A program made the translations under genes and the position numbers. A stretch of DNA of 64,000 nucleotides. Origin: Escherichia coli. Lineage in GTDB: Bacteria > Pseudomonadota > Gammaproteobacteria > Enterobacterales > Enterobacteriaceae. Under the pieces are notes generated by a model. That model was not told where the DNA came from. It saw nothing but the letters and a program-made list of their open reading frames with translations, and made no database searches. The DNA is taken from NCBI RefSeq assembly GCF_030384885.1, contig NZ_CP128613.1; one strand, given 5' to 3'. This document shows positions 17,689 through 31,801 of the stretch, piece by piece (position 1 is the first letter of the stretch; each line of letters opens with the position of its first letter).

Positions 17689-18165
17689 ATGATATTATTT
17701 GTTGGATTTTTGTTGATGGAAATTGTTATGCCTCAGATTAGCCGGACCGCACTGGTACCCTACAGCGCGGAGCAAATGTATCAGTTAGTGAATGACGTTC
17801 AGTCTTATCCTCAGTTTTTGCCGGGTTGTACCGGAAGTCGGATTCTGGAGTCCACTCCTGGGCAGATGACCGCGGCGGTAGATGTCTCTAAGGCTGGGAT
17901 CAGCAAAACGTTTACTACCCGCAACCAGTTGACCAGTAACCAAAGTATTCTTATGAATCTGGTGGATGGGCCGTTCAAGAAATTGATCGGTGGATGGAAG
18001 TTTACGCCGCTGAGCCAGGAGGCGTGTCGTATCGAGTTTCATCTCGACTTTGAGTTTACCAATAAGTTGATTGAACTCGCCTTTGGCCGCGTGTTTAAAG
18101 AGCTGGCGGCTAATATGGTCCAGGCTTTTACGGTTCGTGCGAAAGAGGTTTACAGTGCCAGGTAA
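17689..18165 (+). CDS. ratA: Ribosome association toxin RatA (SRPBCC family)
   Basis: 158 aa matching E. coli RatA/YfjG; divergent from smpB. Confidence 0.85.
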   Translation: MILFVGFLLMEIVMPQISRTALVPYSAEQMYQLVNDVQSYPQFLPGCTGSRILESTPGQMTAAVDVSKAGISKTFTTRNQLTSNQSILMNLVDGPFKKLIGGWKFTPLSQEACRIEFHLDFEFTNKLIELAFGRVFKELAANMVQAFTVRAKEVYSAR

Positions 18166-18445
18166 AATTGCCGTTGAGGTGGCTTATGCTCTACCTGAGA
18201 AGCAGTACCTGCAGCGCGTGACGCTGCAGGAGGGCGCGACGGTTGAAGAAGCTATTCGCACCAGTGGCTTGCTGGAATTGCGTACCGATATCGATTTAAC
18301 TAAAAACAAAGTCGGCATTTACAGCCGTCCGGCAAAACTGAGCGATACCGTGCATGATGGCGATCGGGTGGAGATTTATCGTCCTCTCATTGCCGATCCG
18401 AAAGAGCTTCGCAGGCAACGAGCAGAAAAATCAGCGAATAAATAA
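18155..18445 (+). CDS. ratB: RatB (YfjF)
   Basis: 96 aa from GTG at 18155 with SD gaaagagg; the ORF-track extension upstream overlaps ratA. Confidence 0.7.
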   Translation: MPGKIAVEVAYALPEKQYLQRVTLQEGATVEEAIRTSGLLELRTDIDLTKNKVGIYSRPAKLSDTVHDGDRVEIYRPLIADPKELRRQRAEKSANK

Positions 18446-18453
18446 CAGACAGA

Positions 18454-18482
18454 AAAAAGGTGCTCATTGAGCACCTTTTTTA
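18454..18482. terminator. Bidirectional terminator between ratB and bamE
   Basis: aaaaaaggtgctc-attg-agcaccttttt hairpin flanked by A and T runs. Confidence 0.7.
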
Positions 18483-18506
18483 ACGTCTTTGAGAGCAACT
18501 TTATTA

Positions 18507-18848
18507 TTAGTTACCACTCAGCGCAGGTTTGTTATCAATGTTGGTCAACACCCCGCTACTGTTAAAGGTCAGCGTCAGCGTTTGCTGCGTTACACCTTCA
18601 TGACCTGGTTGCTGGCGGAAGACATAGAACCAGGTATTCGTACCAAATGGATCGGACATCAGCGGTGTACCCAATGCGTACGCAACTTGTTGTTGCGTCA
18701 TGCCAACACGTATTTTGGATACGTCGTTAGCGGTCAGATAGTTCCCCTGGTTGATGTCAGGACGGTAAACCACTCGCTCCAGAGTGGAACAGCCTGCGGT
18801 CAACATCAATAGTACTGCTGCTGCAGCAGTCAGCGTTTTACAGCGCAT
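18507..18848 (-). CDS. bamE: Outer membrane protein assembly factor BamE (SmpA)
   Basis: 113 aa, lipobox LTAGC, matches E. coli BamE. Confidence 0.9.
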
Positions 18849-18996
18849 AGTGATTTGATTCCTTTTCGGGCCCGAGCAGTACGTGGCTCATCTGTAATAT
18901 GCCGATGATAATAGACCTTTCATCACTTTAAAACCTTTTGCTTTCCGGTCTTACGGCGTTTTGCTGTTTACTCTGACCGTGAAGCAGGAAAAAAGT

Positions 18997-20658
18997 TTAC
19001 GCCGCAAGCAGTTCTTTCGCATTCGCCAGTGTGTTACGTGTGACTTCACTGCCACCAAGCAGGCGCGCCAGCTCTTGTAACCGCGCTTTTTTGTCCAGCG
19101 ACTCCATATGCGTTTCTGTCATCGCACCATCGGTTTCTTTGCTGACAAAATAGTGTTGATGACCACATCCCGCGACTTGTGGCAGGTGGGTAACACACAT
19201 CACCTGAGTTGATTCGCCGAGTTGACGCAGCAGTTTGCCGACAACTGCCGCTGTTGGACCGCTAATCCCTACATCCACTTCATCAAAAATCAGTGCCGGG
19301 GTTTCCATTTTACGCGCTGTGATGACCTGAATTGCCAATGCGATGCGGGACAATTCACCACCAGATGCGACTTTGGCAATAGGCTGCATTGGCTGACCTG
19401 GGTTGGTGGTTACCCGAAACTCAATACGATCAGCGCCGTCAGCGCCCAGGTGATGCTCGTCAAATTTAACATCAATCGTAAACTGCCCATGCGGCATAGA
19501 GAGTGCATGCATACTGTCGGTGATCAGCTGTGCCAACTCATTTGCATAATGCTGGCGTTGCTGGTGTAACGCGCGCGCCGTTTCCAGTGCCTGCTGATGA
19601 TGTTTCGTTACCGCCAGCGCGAGCGTTTCTTGTGAGTCGGCCTGATCGTCCAGTTGCTGCTGTTCTTCCAGTAGCGACTGGTAATACTGTGGCAATACCT
19701 CAGGGCTGACGTGATGTTTACGTGCCAGCGAAATCTGTTTTGAGATGCGCTGTTCAAGTTCAAACAGTCGGTTGGGATCAAGATCCAGACGATCGCAGTA
19801 GTGGCGCAGTTCGTCGCTGGCTTCAGCAATCTGGATGGTAGCCTCTTCCAGCATATCAAGTACGCCGGACAGTTTGCTGTCCATGCCAATCAATTCGCTC
19901 ACCAGTTGTTTAGCCGTGTAAAGCTGGCTTTGCAGGTTTGCGTCTTCGCCGTCGGCCATTAATGCCAATGCATTCTGGCTGGTGGTCAGCAATTGACCGC
20001 TGTTCGCCAGACGTTTGTACTCTTCGTCGATTTGCTCAAACTCTCCGGGCTGCGGATTAAATTCGTTCAGTTCTTTTAATTGGTATTGCAGCAGCTCCGC
20101 ACGAGCGGCGCGTTCCTGACTTAACTGTTGATGATGCGCGAGGTCGCGGCAGCTTTGATGCCACAACTGATAACGTGCGGTCATTTCCTGAAGCAGAGAG
20201 GTTTCATTGGCATAGCCATCAAGCAGGAATTTTTGGTGCTCGGGTTTGGTGAGTAATTGATGGGCGTGCTGACCATGGATCTGAATGAGCAACTGGCCCA
20301 GTTCGCGCAGTTGTGACAGTGGAACAGCTGTACCGTTGATAAAACCACGAGAGCGACCATCGCTACTGATTACGCGACGAAGCAGGCATTCACGGCCATC
20401 TTCCAGTTGGTTTTCTTCCAGCCAGCGCAGTGCTGCGGGTGTATCTTTCAGAGAAAAACGGGCGCACAGATCTGCGCGAGCAGCGCCGGTACGCACCATG
20501 TCGGCTTCAGCGCGACCGCCGAGACAAAGGCCCAGGGCATCTATTGCAATAGATTTACCCGCGCCGGTCTCGCCGGTGATTACGGTCATGCCGCTGTGAA
20601 AATCAATCTCAAGCTCACGAACGATAGCAAAGTTGCTGATGGTCAGTTGTGCCAACAT
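18997..20658 (-). CDS. recN: DNA repair protein RecN
   Basis: 553 aa, SMC-like with Walker A GETGAGKS. Confidence 0.95.
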   Translation of the reverse strand: MLAQLTISNFAIVRELEIDFHSGMTVITGETGAGKSIAIDALGLCLGGRAEADMVRTGAARADLCARFSLKDTPAALRWLEENQLEDGRECLLRRVISSDGRSRGFINGTAVPLSQLRELGQLLIQIHGQHAHQLLTKPEHQKFLLDGYANETSLLQEMTARYQLWHQSCRDLAHHQQLSQERAARAELLQYQLKELNEFNPQPGEFEQIDEEYKRLANSGQLLTTSQNALALMADGEDANLQSQLYTAKQLVSELIGMDSKLSGVLDMLEEATIQIAEASDELRHYCDRLDLDPNRLFELEQRISKQISLARKHHVSPEVLPQYYQSLLEEQQQLDDQADSQETLALAVTKHHQQALETARALHQQRQHYANELAQLITDSMHALSMPHGQFTIDVKFDEHHLGADGADRIEFRVTTNPGQPMQPIAKVASGGELSRIALAIQVITARKMETPALIFDEVDVGISGPTAAVVGKLLRQLGESTQVMCVTHLPQVAGCGHQHYFVSKETDGAMTETHMESLDKKARLQELARLLGGSEVTRNTLANAKELLAA

Positions 20659-20684
20659 AGTTGTTTTCCTGTATGAAAAACCAT

Positions 20685-20726
20685 TACTGTTATTGTGTAC
20701 AGTATAAACTGGTTTTATATACAGTA
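20685..20726. promoter_or_regulatory. LexA boxes in recN promoter
   Basis: tactgttattgtgtacagta (perfect CTGT-N8-ACAG) and an adjacent imperfect box ctggttttatatacag. Confidence 0.7.
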
Positions 20727-20743
20727 AAGAGGCTGGCGTAAAA

Positions 20744-22336
<1,593 letters not shown>

Positions 22337-22345
22337 ATGTCTGAT

Positions 22346-22372
22346 GGCCGACGTGAAGTCGGCCATTTTTTT
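22346..22372 (+). terminator. grpE terminator
   Basis: ggccgac-gtgaa-gtcggcc hairpin followed by attttttt. Confidence 0.7.
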
Positions 22373-23012
22373 AGCTTAAAAAATCCTGTACTTCCAGCCA
22401 CGGCGTGTTGAAATCATCTATTTTTTTATAGTCGTTCATTGGCAGAACGACCACGTTATAGGTGTCAGAACCTTCATTCAGATCAAAAATCTGAAAGCCT
22501 CTCTTATTGAGTTCGGTCTGGATGCGTTCAAAGATCTCGTCAAGGTAGCGGTCTCCGGCTTCACAGACATCGGAGATTTCATCCTCTTGGGTTATTTCGA
22601 CAAGAAGATTCCTTAATTCCTCAGAAGCTGTCAGGTTTTTTGTGAGTTCATAAAAGCGATCTGCAGCAAAATTAGCCAGCTCACCTTCTTCATCTTCACC
22701 TTTCCAGTCAACGAGTTGAATTAATCCTTCACTGCGTAGAACCTGTAAAAATGCCTGCGCCAGGTCATGATTTCCGAGATCGCCTCCACTGCAATCGAGA
22801 ACGTCTTGCAATCCATATTCGTCTTCATCTTCGTCTTCAAAGATTTCAGGTTGCGTCGAAAGTTGAGAGAAAATAGTGGGCCATAAGGTTGGGGTGTGCT
22901 GTAAAAAAACGCTGGCGACGACGTTGAGGTCGTCGGAAAAATCCTTATCCCATTCAATTACATAATCTTCTGACATAACATCAATATCCTTTCCGAATGC
23001 TTGAAAAGACAT
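22371..23012 (-). CDS. Hypothetical acidic protein (possible accessory insertion between grpE and corE)
   Basis: 213-aa ORF, strongly acidic ([15 protein letters not shown]), AT-rich relative to its neighbours; I do not recognise it as a K-12 gene at this position. Confidence 0.5.
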
Positions 23013-23063
23013 TATTACATTGCTAAGTAAATGACAGGAATTGATGGAATCCTAAAAGATGGC

Positions 23064-23090
23064 GATAAAAAAGGCGAACCGGAGTTCGCC
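23064..23090 (-). terminator. corE (yfjD) terminator
   Basis: ggcgaac-cgga-gttcgcc hairpin with a T run on the minus strand. Confidence 0.6.
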
Positions 23091-23096
23091 ATTGTG

Positions 23097-24359
23097 TTAC
23101 TCCGCCACACTCTCGCGCAGCGGTTTCACAGGAAAAACTTTTACCTGCTTAATCATATTGTCCTGTACATCGAGAATATCGATATCGTACTCGCCAATAC
23201 GCACGCGAGTTCCTGCGACAGGAATCTCTTCCAGTGCCTCAAGAATGACGCCATTAACCGTTCGTGCATCATCTTCCGGTAGATGCCAGTTAAAGGCTTT
23301 GTTGATTTCCCGCACGTTGGCAGTGCCATCGATAATCACCGAACCGTCGTTTTGCGGCGTGACCTCTTCGGCGAGCGTTGGCGACATCGACGTGGTGAAA
23401 TCACCAACAATCTCTTCGAGAATATCTTCGACCGTCACCAGACCCTGAATATCTCCATACTCGTTGACGACCAGGCCGACTTTCTTTTTGTTGCGCTGAA
23501 ACTTCACCAGCTGCGTGCTGAGCGGCGTACCTTCCGGGACAAAATAGATTTCGTCCGCGGCGCGTAGCATGGTTTCTTTGGTGAACTCTTTTTTCTCCGA
23601 CATCAACCGCCAGGCTTCACGCACACGCAGCATACTGATGGCGTCGTCCAGCGAGTCACGGTAGAGCACGATGCGTCCGTGAGGTGAGTGGGAGAGTTGG
23701 CGGAGAATCGATTTCCAGTCATCGTTGATATCAATACCGATAATTTCACTGCGCGGCACCATGATGTCATCGACAGTCATTTTTTCCAGATCGAGTACCG
23801 ACAACAGCATATCCTGATTGCGACGGGAAATTTGTGACCTCGATTCGTGCACAATGGTGCGTAATTCTTCTTTGCTTAAAGAGCCACTGACCACAATATC
23901 GGTTTTGATGCCCATCATGCGCATTAACATGCGGGTAATAGCGTTCAGCAACCAGACCAGCGGCATCATCAAAATTTGCAGCGGCGCCAGCAGAAAACTA
24001 CTTGGATAGGCGACTTTTTCCGGGTACAGCGCGGCAATGGTTTTCGGCAATACTTCAGCAAAAACCAGTACGACAAAAGTAAGCACACCAGTCGCAATTG
24101 CCACGCCCGCATCCCCGTACAAACGCATCCCCACAATAGTGCCGAGCGCGGAGGCAAGAATATTGACCAGGTTATTGCCGATTAACACCAGGCTTATCAG
24201 GCGGTCTGGCTTACGCAGCAATTTTTCGACACGTTTGGCCGAGCGATTACCCTGTTTCGCCATATGCCGCAGACGATAGCGGTTGAGGGTCATCATTCCG
24301 GTTTCGGACCCGGAAAAATAGGCTGAAATGACCACCATGATGATCAGAATAATGATCAA
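23097..24359 (-). CDS. corE: HlyC/CorC-family transporter (YfjD/CorE), CNNM + CBS + CorC domains
   Basis: 420 aa, N-terminal membrane domain and CBS pair. Confidence 0.85.
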   Translation of the reverse strand: MIIILIIMVVISAYFSGSETGMMTLNRYRLRHMAKQGNRSAKRVEKLLRKPDRLISLVLIGNNLVNILASALGTIVGMRLYGDAGVAIATGVLTFVVLVFAEVLPKTIAALYPEKVAYPSSFLLAPLQILMMPLVWLLNAITRMLMRMMGIKTDIVVSGSLSKEELRTIVHESRSQISRRNQDMLLSVLDLEKMTVDDIMVPRSEIIGIDINDDWKSILRQLSHSPHGRIVLYRDSLDDAISMLRVREAWRLMSEKKEFTKETMLRAADEIYFVPEGTPLSTQLVKFQRNKKKVGLVVNEYGDIQGLVTVEDILEEIVGDFTTSMSPTLAEEVTPQNDGSVIIDGTANVREINKAFNWHLPEDDARTVNGVILEALEEIPVAGTRVRIGEYDIDILDVQDNMIKQVKVFPVKPLRESVAE

Positions 24360-24403
24360 CGTGGTAGTAGATATGTGTTCCAGGGGAAACTCCTTTTCTG
24401 GGG

Positions 24404-25270
24404 TTAGCTGATTAACTGCTGGACAATTCGGCTACCGAAGTAGGCCAGTGTCAGAATGACCGCACCCGCAACGTTAAACCAGACGACGCGGCGTCCACGC
24501 CATCCTTCATGATAATGTCCCCACAGCAGCACAATATAGACAAACCACGCCACGATAGAGAGCACGGCCTTGTCGATATTTTCCATGCTAAATAAGTTGT
24601 GCATGTAGAAGAGACCAGTGCAAAGAGTGAGCGTTAACAGCACCACGCCAATCTGCGTGATGTGGAACATTTTACGCTCGATACTCATCAACGGCGGCAT
24701 TTCCTGGTTAAACGCCAGCTTCTTGTTCTTCAGTTGGTAATCAATCCACGCCAGTTGTAATGCATACAGAGCGGCGATAATCAGCGTGGCATAGGAAAAG
24801 AGCGATAAGCCAATGTGAACCAGCATCCCAGGCGTTGCTTCCAGATGGGTGATGTATTCATTGGGCATAAAGGTGGCCAGCGCCAGGTTGATAAGCGCAA
24901 AGGCATAGACAATGGGTAGCAGCAACCAGCCACGATTGCGAGAAGCCACGATGGTCATTACCGTACAGATCATCAAACTGACCAGCGAACCAACGTTCAG
25001 CAGGCTGAGGTTTTGTCCGCTATCACCGTCGGGCAAGATACGGGCTTCCAGAGCGATTGCGTGGCAGACCAGCGCGATGACCGCAGAAATAATAGCCATG
25101 CGCCGCCAGCCGCCGTTTTTTTGCAGCAGACCGGGAACAATCAGCGCAAGACTGACGGAGTAGGCGACAAGCGCGAGCAGAGCAAAAACGGGCATAGTAA
25201 TGTCGACAGTTTGAGCAATAAGAAAGAGAAGCAGTATAGCGTCAGGTGAACGCTGCTCCAACCGTTGCAT
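24404..25270 (-). CDS. ypjD: Inner membrane protein YpjD (cytochrome c assembly-like)
   Basis: Polytopic membrane protein; the true start is probably an internal Met. Confidence 0.75.
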   Translation of the reverse strand: MQRLEQRSPDAILLLFLIAQTVDITMPVFALLALVAYSVSLALIVPGLLQKNGGWRRMAIISAVIALVCHAIALEARILPDGDSGQNLSLLNVGSLVSLMICTVMTIVASRNRGWLLLPIVYAFALINLALATFMPNEYITHLEATPGMLVHIGLSLFSYATLIIAALYALQLAWIDYQLKNKKLAFNQEMPPLMSIERKMFHITQIGVVLLTLTLCTGLFYMHNLFSMENIDKAVLSIVAWFVYIVLLWGHYHEGWRGRRVVWFNVAGAVILTLAYFGSRIVQQLIS

Positions 25271-25361
25271 AACAACAAAGACGCCTTCATGTTATACTGC
25301 GGCAAAATACTGATGATGTGTCGCGATTGCGGCCAACCGTTTCCACCCCAGGCGAGAGACA

Positions 25362-26723
25362 ATGTTTGATAATTTAACCGATCGTTTGTCGCGCACGCTG
25401 CGCAATATCAGTGGCCGTGGACGCCTCACTGAAGACAACGTAAAAGATACGCTGCGCGAAGTGCGCATGGCGCTGCTGGAGGCGGACGTCGCCCTGCCGG
25501 TAGTGCGTGAGTTTATCAATCGCGTAAAAGAGAAAGCGGTTGGTCATGAAGTTAATAAGAGCCTGACGCCGGGGCAGGAGTTCGTCAAAATCGTCCGTAA
25601 CGAACTGGTTGCGGCGATGGGCGAAGAGAACCAGACCCTGAATCTGGCTGCGCAACCGCCAGCGGTGGTACTGATGGCGGGCCTGCAAGGTGCCGGTAAA
25701 ACAACCAGCGTGGGCAAGCTCGGTAAGTTCCTGCGTGAGAAGCACAAGAAAAAAGTGCTGGTGGTTTCTGCCGACGTTTATCGTCCGGCGGCAATCAAAC
25801 AGCTGGAGACGCTGGCAGAGCAGGTGGGTGTCGACTTCTTCCCTTCAGATGTTGGTCAGAAGCCGGTTGATATCGTTAACGCGGCGCTGAAAGAAGCCAA
25901 ACTGAAATTCTACGACGTGTTGCTGGTGGATACCGCCGGTCGTTTGCACGTTGACGAAGCGATGATGGACGAGATCAAACAGGTCCATGCATCGATTAAT
26001 CCGGTTGAAACCCTGTTTGTGGTTGATGCCATGACTGGTCAGGATGCGGCCAATACGGCAAAAGCATTCAATGAAGCGTTACCGCTGACCGGTGTGGTAC
26101 TGACTAAAGTCGACGGCGATGCTCGTGGCGGTGCGGCGCTCTCGATTCGTCACATCACTGGCAAACCGATCAAATTCCTCGGCGTTGGCGAGAAAACCGA
26201 GGCGCTGGAGCCGTTCCATCCGGACCGTATCGCTTCCCGTATTCTCGGCATGGGCGACGTACTGTCGCTGATCGAAGATATCGAAAGCAAAGTTGACCGC
26301 GCGCAGGCAGAGAAATTAGCCAGCAAGCTGAAAAAAGGCGACGGCTTCGATCTCAACGACTTCCTTGAGCAACTGCGCCAGATGAAAAATATGGGCGGCA
26401 TGGCTAGCCTGATGGGCAAACTGCCGGGTATGGGGCAGATCCCGGATAACGTCAAGTCGCAGATGGACGATAAAGTGCTGGTGCGTATGGAAGCCATCAT
26501 CAACTCGATGACGATGAAAGAGCGCGCTAAGCCAGAAATCATCAAAGGTTCGCGTAAACGCCGTATCGCTGCCGGTTGCGGTATGCAGGTGCAGGACGTT
26601 AACCGTCTTCTGAAACAGTTCGACGACATGCAGCGCATGATGAAGAAAATGAAGAAGGGCGGAATGGCGAAGATGATGAGAAGCATGAAAGGGATGATGC
26701 CGCCGGGATTTCCTGGTCGCTAA
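25362..26723 (+). CDS. ffh: Signal recognition particle protein Ffh
   Basis: 453 aa, GTPase motifs GLQGAGKTT and DTAGR, Met-rich C-terminal domain. Confidence 0.95.
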   Translation: MFDNLTDRLSRTLRNISGRGRLTEDNVKDTLREVRMALLEADVALPVVREFINRVKEKAVGHEVNKSLTPGQEFVKIVRNELVAAMGEENQTLNLAAQPPAVVLMAGLQGAGKTTSVGKLGKFLREKHKKKVLVVSADVYRPAAIKQLETLAEQVGVDFFPSDVGQKPVDIVNAALKEAKLKFYDVLLVDTAGRLHVDEAMMDEIKQVHASINPVETLFVVDAMTGQDAANTAKAFNEALPLTGVVLTKVDGDARGGAALSIRHITGKPIKFLGVGEKTEALEPFHPDRIASRILGMGDVLSLIEDIESKVDRAQAEKLASKLKKGDGFDLNDFLEQLRQMKNMGGMASLMGKLPGMGQIPDNVKSQMDDKVLVRMEAIINSMTMKERAKPEIIKGSRKRRIAAGCGMQVQDVNRLLKQFDDMQRMMKKMKKGGMAKMMRSMKGMMPPGFPGR

Positions 26724-26781
26724 ATGACCTTATGCGACAGAGTTATTAACTGCTGATTGCATTTTCTCCAGAAATCAGTAA

Positions 26782-27108
<327 letters not shown>

Positions 27109-27126
27109 TCTGTCACGGTGGTCATG

Positions 27127-27675
27127 ATGAGCAAACAACTCACCGCGCAAGCACCTGTTGATCCCATCGTTTTGGGAAAAATGGGTTCGTCTTACGGTAT
27201 TCGTGGGTGGCTCAGAGTGTTTTCTTCCACCGAAGACGCCGAAAGCATTTTTGACTATCAGCCCTGGTTTATCCAGAAGGCGGGTCAGTGGCAGCAAGTC
27301 CAGCTGGAAAGCTGGAAGCACCACAATCAGGACATGATCATCAAGCTGAAAGGCGTTGACGATCGTGATGCGGCGAACCTGCTGACGAATTGTGAAATTG
27401 TCGTGGATTCATCGCAGTTGCCTCAGCTTGAAGAGGGTGACTACTACTGGAAAGACCTGATGGGCTGCCAGGTAGTAACCACTGAAGGCTACGATCTCGG
27501 TAAAGTCGTCGATATGATGGAAACCGGATCTAATGACGTTCTCGTCATTAAGGCAAACCTGAAAGATGCGTTTGGTATCAAGGAACGTCTCGTACCGTTC
27601 CTCGATGGGCAGGTTATCAAGAAAGTCGATCTCACTACTCGTTCAATCGAAGTAGATTGGGATCCTGGTTTTTAA
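27127..27675 (+). CDS. rimM: Ribosome maturation factor RimM
   Basis: 182 aa from [19 protein letters not shown]. Confidence 0.9.
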
Positions 27676-27705
27676 ACCACCGGATAAACGGTAAAAGACG
27701 GCGCT

Positions 27706-28473
27706 ATGTGGATTGGCATAATTAGCCTGTTTCCTGAAATGTTCCGCGCAATTACCGATTACGGGGTAACTGGCCGGGCAGTTAAAAATGGCCTGCTGAG
27801 CATCCAGAGCTGGAGTCCTCGTGACTTCACGCATGACCGGCACCGTACCGTGGACGATCGTCCTTACGGCGGCGGACCGGGGATGTTAATGATGGTGCAA
27901 CCTTTACGGGACGCCATTCATGCAGCAAAAGCCGCGGCGGGTGAAGGCGCAAAGGTGATTTATCTGTCACCGCAGGGGCGCAAGCTTGATCAAGCAGGCG
28001 TCAGCGAACTGGCAACGAATCAAAAATTGATTCTGGTGTGCGGTCGCTACGAAGGTATAGATGAGCGCGTGATCCAAACCGAAATTGACGAAGAATGGTC
28101 AATCGGCGATTACGTTCTCAGTGGTGGTGAGTTACCAGCAATGACGCTGATTGACTCCGTTTCCCGGTTTATTCCGGGAGTACTGGGACATGAAGCTTCG
28201 GCAACGGAAGATTCCTTTGCTGAAGGATTGCTGGATTGCCCGCACTATACGCGGCCTGAGGTGTTAGAAGGGATGGAAGTTCCGTCAGTGTTACTGTCGG
28301 GCAACCATGCTGAGATACGTCGCTGGCGTTTGAAACAGTCGCTGGGCCGTACCTGGCTTAGAAGACCTGAACTTCTGGAAAACCTGGCTCTGACTGAAGA
28401 GCAAGCAAGGTTGCTGGCGGAGTTCAAAACGGAACACGCACAACAGCAACATAAACATGATGGGATGGCGTAA
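27706..28473 (+). CDS. trmD: tRNA (guanine37-N1)-methyltransferase TrmD
   Basis: 255 aa, [13 protein letters not shown]... Confidence 0.95.
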   Translation: MWIGIISLFPEMFRAITDYGVTGRAVKNGLLSIQSWSPRDFTHDRHRTVDDRPYGGGPGMLMMVQPLRDAIHAAKAAAGEGAKVIYLSPQGRKLDQAGVSELATNQKLILVCGRYEGIDERVIQTEIDEEWSIGDYVLSGGELPAMTLIDSVSRFIPGVLGHEASATEDSFAEGLLDCPHYTRPEVLEGMEVPSVLLSGNHAEIRRWRLKQSLGRTWLRRPELLENLALTEEQARLLAEFKTEHAQQQHKHDGMA

Positions 28474-28511
28474 GCCCCCGAGATATCAGTTTACCCAGGA
28501 TAAGAGATTAA

Positions 28512-28862
<351 letters not shown>

Positions 28863-28938
28863 GATTTCGCTTAAGCGACATCCTGTTAAGAAGGGCTGGC
28901 CAATTGGCTGGCCCTTTTTTTATCTGTTTGATCGTGTT

Positions 28939-29421
28939 TTAAGGTGTAGTAATCACCACTGCGACGCGGCGGTTCTCGGCTCTGCCCTGAGCGGTCTTGT
29001 TACTGGCGATGGGATATTTTTTTCCTAAACCCTGTGTGGTGAGGTTGCTGCGCGGAATTTGTCCACCTATAGCCCATGCATCGGCCACAACATTCGCCCG
29101 TTTCAATGATAAGGCTTCGTTGTAACTGTCTTCACCATAGTTGTCGGTGTGTCCATCCATACGGGCATGCGTTAGCCCTGTCGAGGCCAATTTGGCTGCC
29201 ATGGTTTGGATCTGTTGCTGGCTTTCCGGGAGCAATTTGTAGTCATTTTTTGCGAACAGAATGGCATCTGATAATCCCAGCGACCAGTCGCCGGCGGATT
29301 CAGTAAATCCATAAGATTGCATAGCGGCAACTTGCTCAGGAGTAAACTTTCCCTGAGGGGACTGGCAGCCAGTCAGTACTAGCGAGGTGAAAATCAGGGG
29401 TGCTACCAAGTGCTTTATCAT
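28939..29421 (-). CDS. yfiB: OmpA-family lipoprotein YfiB
   Basis: 160 aa, lipobox LTGC, OmpA-like C-terminal domain. Confidence 0.85.
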   Translation of the reverse strand: MIKHLVAPLIFTSLVLTGCQSPQGKFTPEQVAAMQSYGFTESAGDWSLGLSDAILFAKNDYKLLPESQQQIQTMAAKLASTGLTHARMDGHTDNYGEDSYNEALSLKRANVVADAWAIGGQIPRSNLTTQGLGKKYPIASNKTAQGRAENRRVAVVITTP

Positions 29422-29436
29422 ATCGATATATCCTTG

Positions 29437-30663
29437 TTATCTCACCAGCTTTTCGGCACGCTGGTGTTTGGCCTGATACATATTGTGATCGGCCAGCTCT
29501 TGTAATTTTTCCGCAGAGGCATGCTCAATGGTCATCGCGTAACCAATGCTTAATGTCATGGTGGTCTGATGACCATTATGAAGATCAAACGGGCGATTAA
29601 AGATTTGTGTCAGTGCTGAGCAAATCCGATGTACTTCGGATTCCGACTGTACACCAAAGAGGACCATCGCAAATTCATCGCCGCCTATGCGGTATGCTTT
29701 ATGTTGCAGCCCGCCAAATTCAGCTAACCGTTTTGCTACCTCAATCAAGACACGATCGCCCGTCGCATGACCCCAGGTATCATTGATATATTTGAAATTA
29801 TCGCCATCAAGAAATAGTAACGCCGACGTTTTTCGGGCGTCGGAACTGCTCATCAACGTGTTGATGCCGCTACGAAACGCAGCCCGGTTCGCCAGCCCGG
29901 TTAATGGGTCATGTAGCGCGGTACGTAGAAGCTGCGCATTTTTGGCCTGTAAACGAAGCTGCCACTCTTCCATTTCATCCAGCAGACTGTTGAAGTCGAG
30001 AGCGAAGCGGTGAAACTCAGCGATACGTTCTTCCGAAACTCGTCGGGAAAAATTGCGGTTGGAACGCACATCATGTACGACATCGGTGATATTTTTCAGC
30101 GCTTCCACCAGGCCATTGTGCAAATGGCGGGTGAGGGTAATTGCGATGCCTGATGCCAGCAGAATACAACCGGTCAGGACAGCGAGCGAAAACCAGATAA
30201 AATGGCTGATTGAACTGTCGCGAGCGGTTAAGCGTACTTCGCCAATGGTTTCACCATTGTGACGAATCGGCTGAGTGATGGGGGCAGGGAAGAGCCAGTG
30301 GCTTATGAAATTGCTGAAAGTATCGCCTGGATCCTTACGGGTGTAATGCCAGGATGCCAGAATATTTTGCTGCTTATCACGCACTTCTGCAGTTGAAAAT
30401 TGCCCTTGCTTCCCCAGCGCTGCCAGTGTTTGAGTTGCTGCAGGGCCATCGGCAAAAACGACCGCTGCTTCCAGACTGTAAGTCATTGTTGCTGCTGTCA
30501 GTGCCAGGTTTTTTTGCGCGTACTGTTTCAGGGTCAGCACCGAGGTCACGGAAAGCAGCAACCAGATCAGCATCATAGTGATAAATATGCTGGTCATACT
30601 GATGTTGCGTAATGCTCTTTTAAACGTGGGGCGCTTATTAAGAGAATTATCGTTATCCATCAT
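29437..30663 (-). CDS. dgcN: Diguanylate cyclase DgcN (YfiN)
   Basis: 408 aa, two TM helices plus HAMP-like region, GGDEF domain (RIGGDEF). Confidence 0.9.
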   Translation of the reverse strand: MMDNDNSLNKRPTFKRALRNISMTSIFITMMLIWLLLSVTSVLTLKQYAQKNLALTAATMTYSLEAAVVFADGPAATQTLAALGKQGQFSTAEVRDKQQNILASWHYTRKDPGDTFSNFISHWLFPAPITQPIRHNGETIGEVRLTARDSSISHFIWFSLAVLTGCILLASGIAITLTRHLHNGLVEALKNITDVVHDVRSNRNFSRRVSEERIAEFHRFALDFNSLLDEMEEWQLRLQAKNAQLLRTALHDPLTGLANRAAFRSGINTLMSSSDARKTSALLFLDGDNFKYINDTWGHATGDRVLIEVAKRLAEFGGLQHKAYRIGGDEFAMVLFGVQSESEVHRICSALTQIFNRPFDLHNGHQTTMTLSIGYAMTIEHASAEKLQELADHNMYQAKHQRAEKLVR

Positions 30664-31171
30664 TTTTCTTCCGTGCGAGCATTAAGACATCTGGGTTCAC
30701 CTTTACACCGCTACGCGATAAGGCATCCAGGTTTACGGCAAATCTGACGTCATTATTGTGGATGATCAGACAAAAGGCGCTGCCAATAATGCACTCGGCA
30801 TTTTGTTCGGCAATTAATAATAACGCCTTTGACGGATATTGTTCGGTTAATTCCATCTGGAATGTTGGTGACTCGTTGCCAAAATAAAAACCATTGCAGC
30901 CTGATATCATCGCCTCTTGTTGAGAGTGAATGATGACAGGCAGATAAGGCAAAGATGTCGCGCCATTCTCTTGTAGGGCGGTACTAAAACGTGAAGATGA
31001 AAAGATACATAACTTTGGTAGGCCTGATAGCGCAGGCCAGCGAGTGTAACTGACAATACCGGAAACCATCGTACGCACGTTTTTCGCAACGTCTGAAGGT
31101 TCCTGAGCGAGTATTGGTGCTCCCGTCAGGAGGAGAATCAGCAGTAAGAACAGACGATGAGAAAAACGCAT
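30653..31171 (-). CDS. yfiR: Periplasmic DgcN inhibitor YfiR
   Basis: 172 aa with signal peptide; the first gene of the yfiR-dgcN-yfiB operon. Confidence 0.85.
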   Translation of the reverse strand: MRFSHRLFLLLILLLTGAPILAQEPSDVAKNVRTMVSGIVSYTRWPALSGLPKLCIFSSSRFSTALQENGATSLPYLPVIIHSQQEAMISGCNGFYFGNESPTFQMELTEQYPSKALLLIAEQNAECIIGSAFCLIIHNNDVRFAVNLDALSRSGVKVNPDVLMLARKKNDG

Positions 31172-31320
31172 TCAGGGATCCTCACCATCTTCGCTTGCAA
31201 TGCATCGATAATTTTTCAGAATGCTCATTAAAATATCATTCTTTCATGCGGTCGTCATCAATGTGAGAAATAAAACACAATGAGTAGAATCTCATGTTTA
31301 ATTTATTTGTGGGGGGGTAA

Positions 31321-31686
31321 TTAATTTAATCGTATTGTGCTGGCATTTTCATCAGCCCCTTTTTGCCATACTTCATGCAGTTGGCTGGCATTTTCAACAT
31401 TGTTGCAGCTGGCAGGAAAGCTTTTACCGGAAAGTCCTCGGGCATAAGTAAAATCGGTCTGGCAAGTTTTCTTTTGTCCTTCGGCATATCCTTTAAGGTA
31501 TAGACCGCGATCCGCCTGTGAATCGCTAAATGCATCGTCATCTTTTATGGCGTTGCCCGATATCGCATCTTCCATACCAACATCATACCAGTCGGTGCTG
31601 GTCAAGGTTGGCGCGTGAGTATAAGGATCAATCTGACATCCGCTAACCAGTAAAGCCAACAAGGGGGCGATAAACTTTTTCATCAT
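31321..31686 (-). CDS. yfiL: Lipoprotein YfiL
   Basis: Start taken at MMKKFIAPLLALLVSGCQ (lipobox). Confidence 0.75.
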   Translation of the reverse strand: MMKKFIAPLLALLVSGCQIDPYTHAPTLTSTDWYDVGMEDAISGNAIKDDDAFSDSQADRGLYLKGYAEGQKKTCQTDFTYARGLSGKSFPASCNNVENASQLHEVWQKGADENASTIRLN

Positions 31687-31731
31687 TTCTTTCTCCTTTT
31701 TCAAAGCATAGCGGATTGTTTTCAAAGGAGG

Positions 31732-31801
31732 TGTAAATTTATTTATACATAAACAAGGGTTAAAAGCGCGAATAAATTGCCTGTGTAAAGAAAAATGTAC
31801 G
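31732..31801 (+). promoter_or_regulatory. aroF promoter region with TyrR boxes
   Basis: tgtaaatttatttataca fits TGTAAA-N6-TTTACA with one mismatch; a second partial box tgtaaagaaaaatgtacg lies downstream. Confidence 0.5.
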
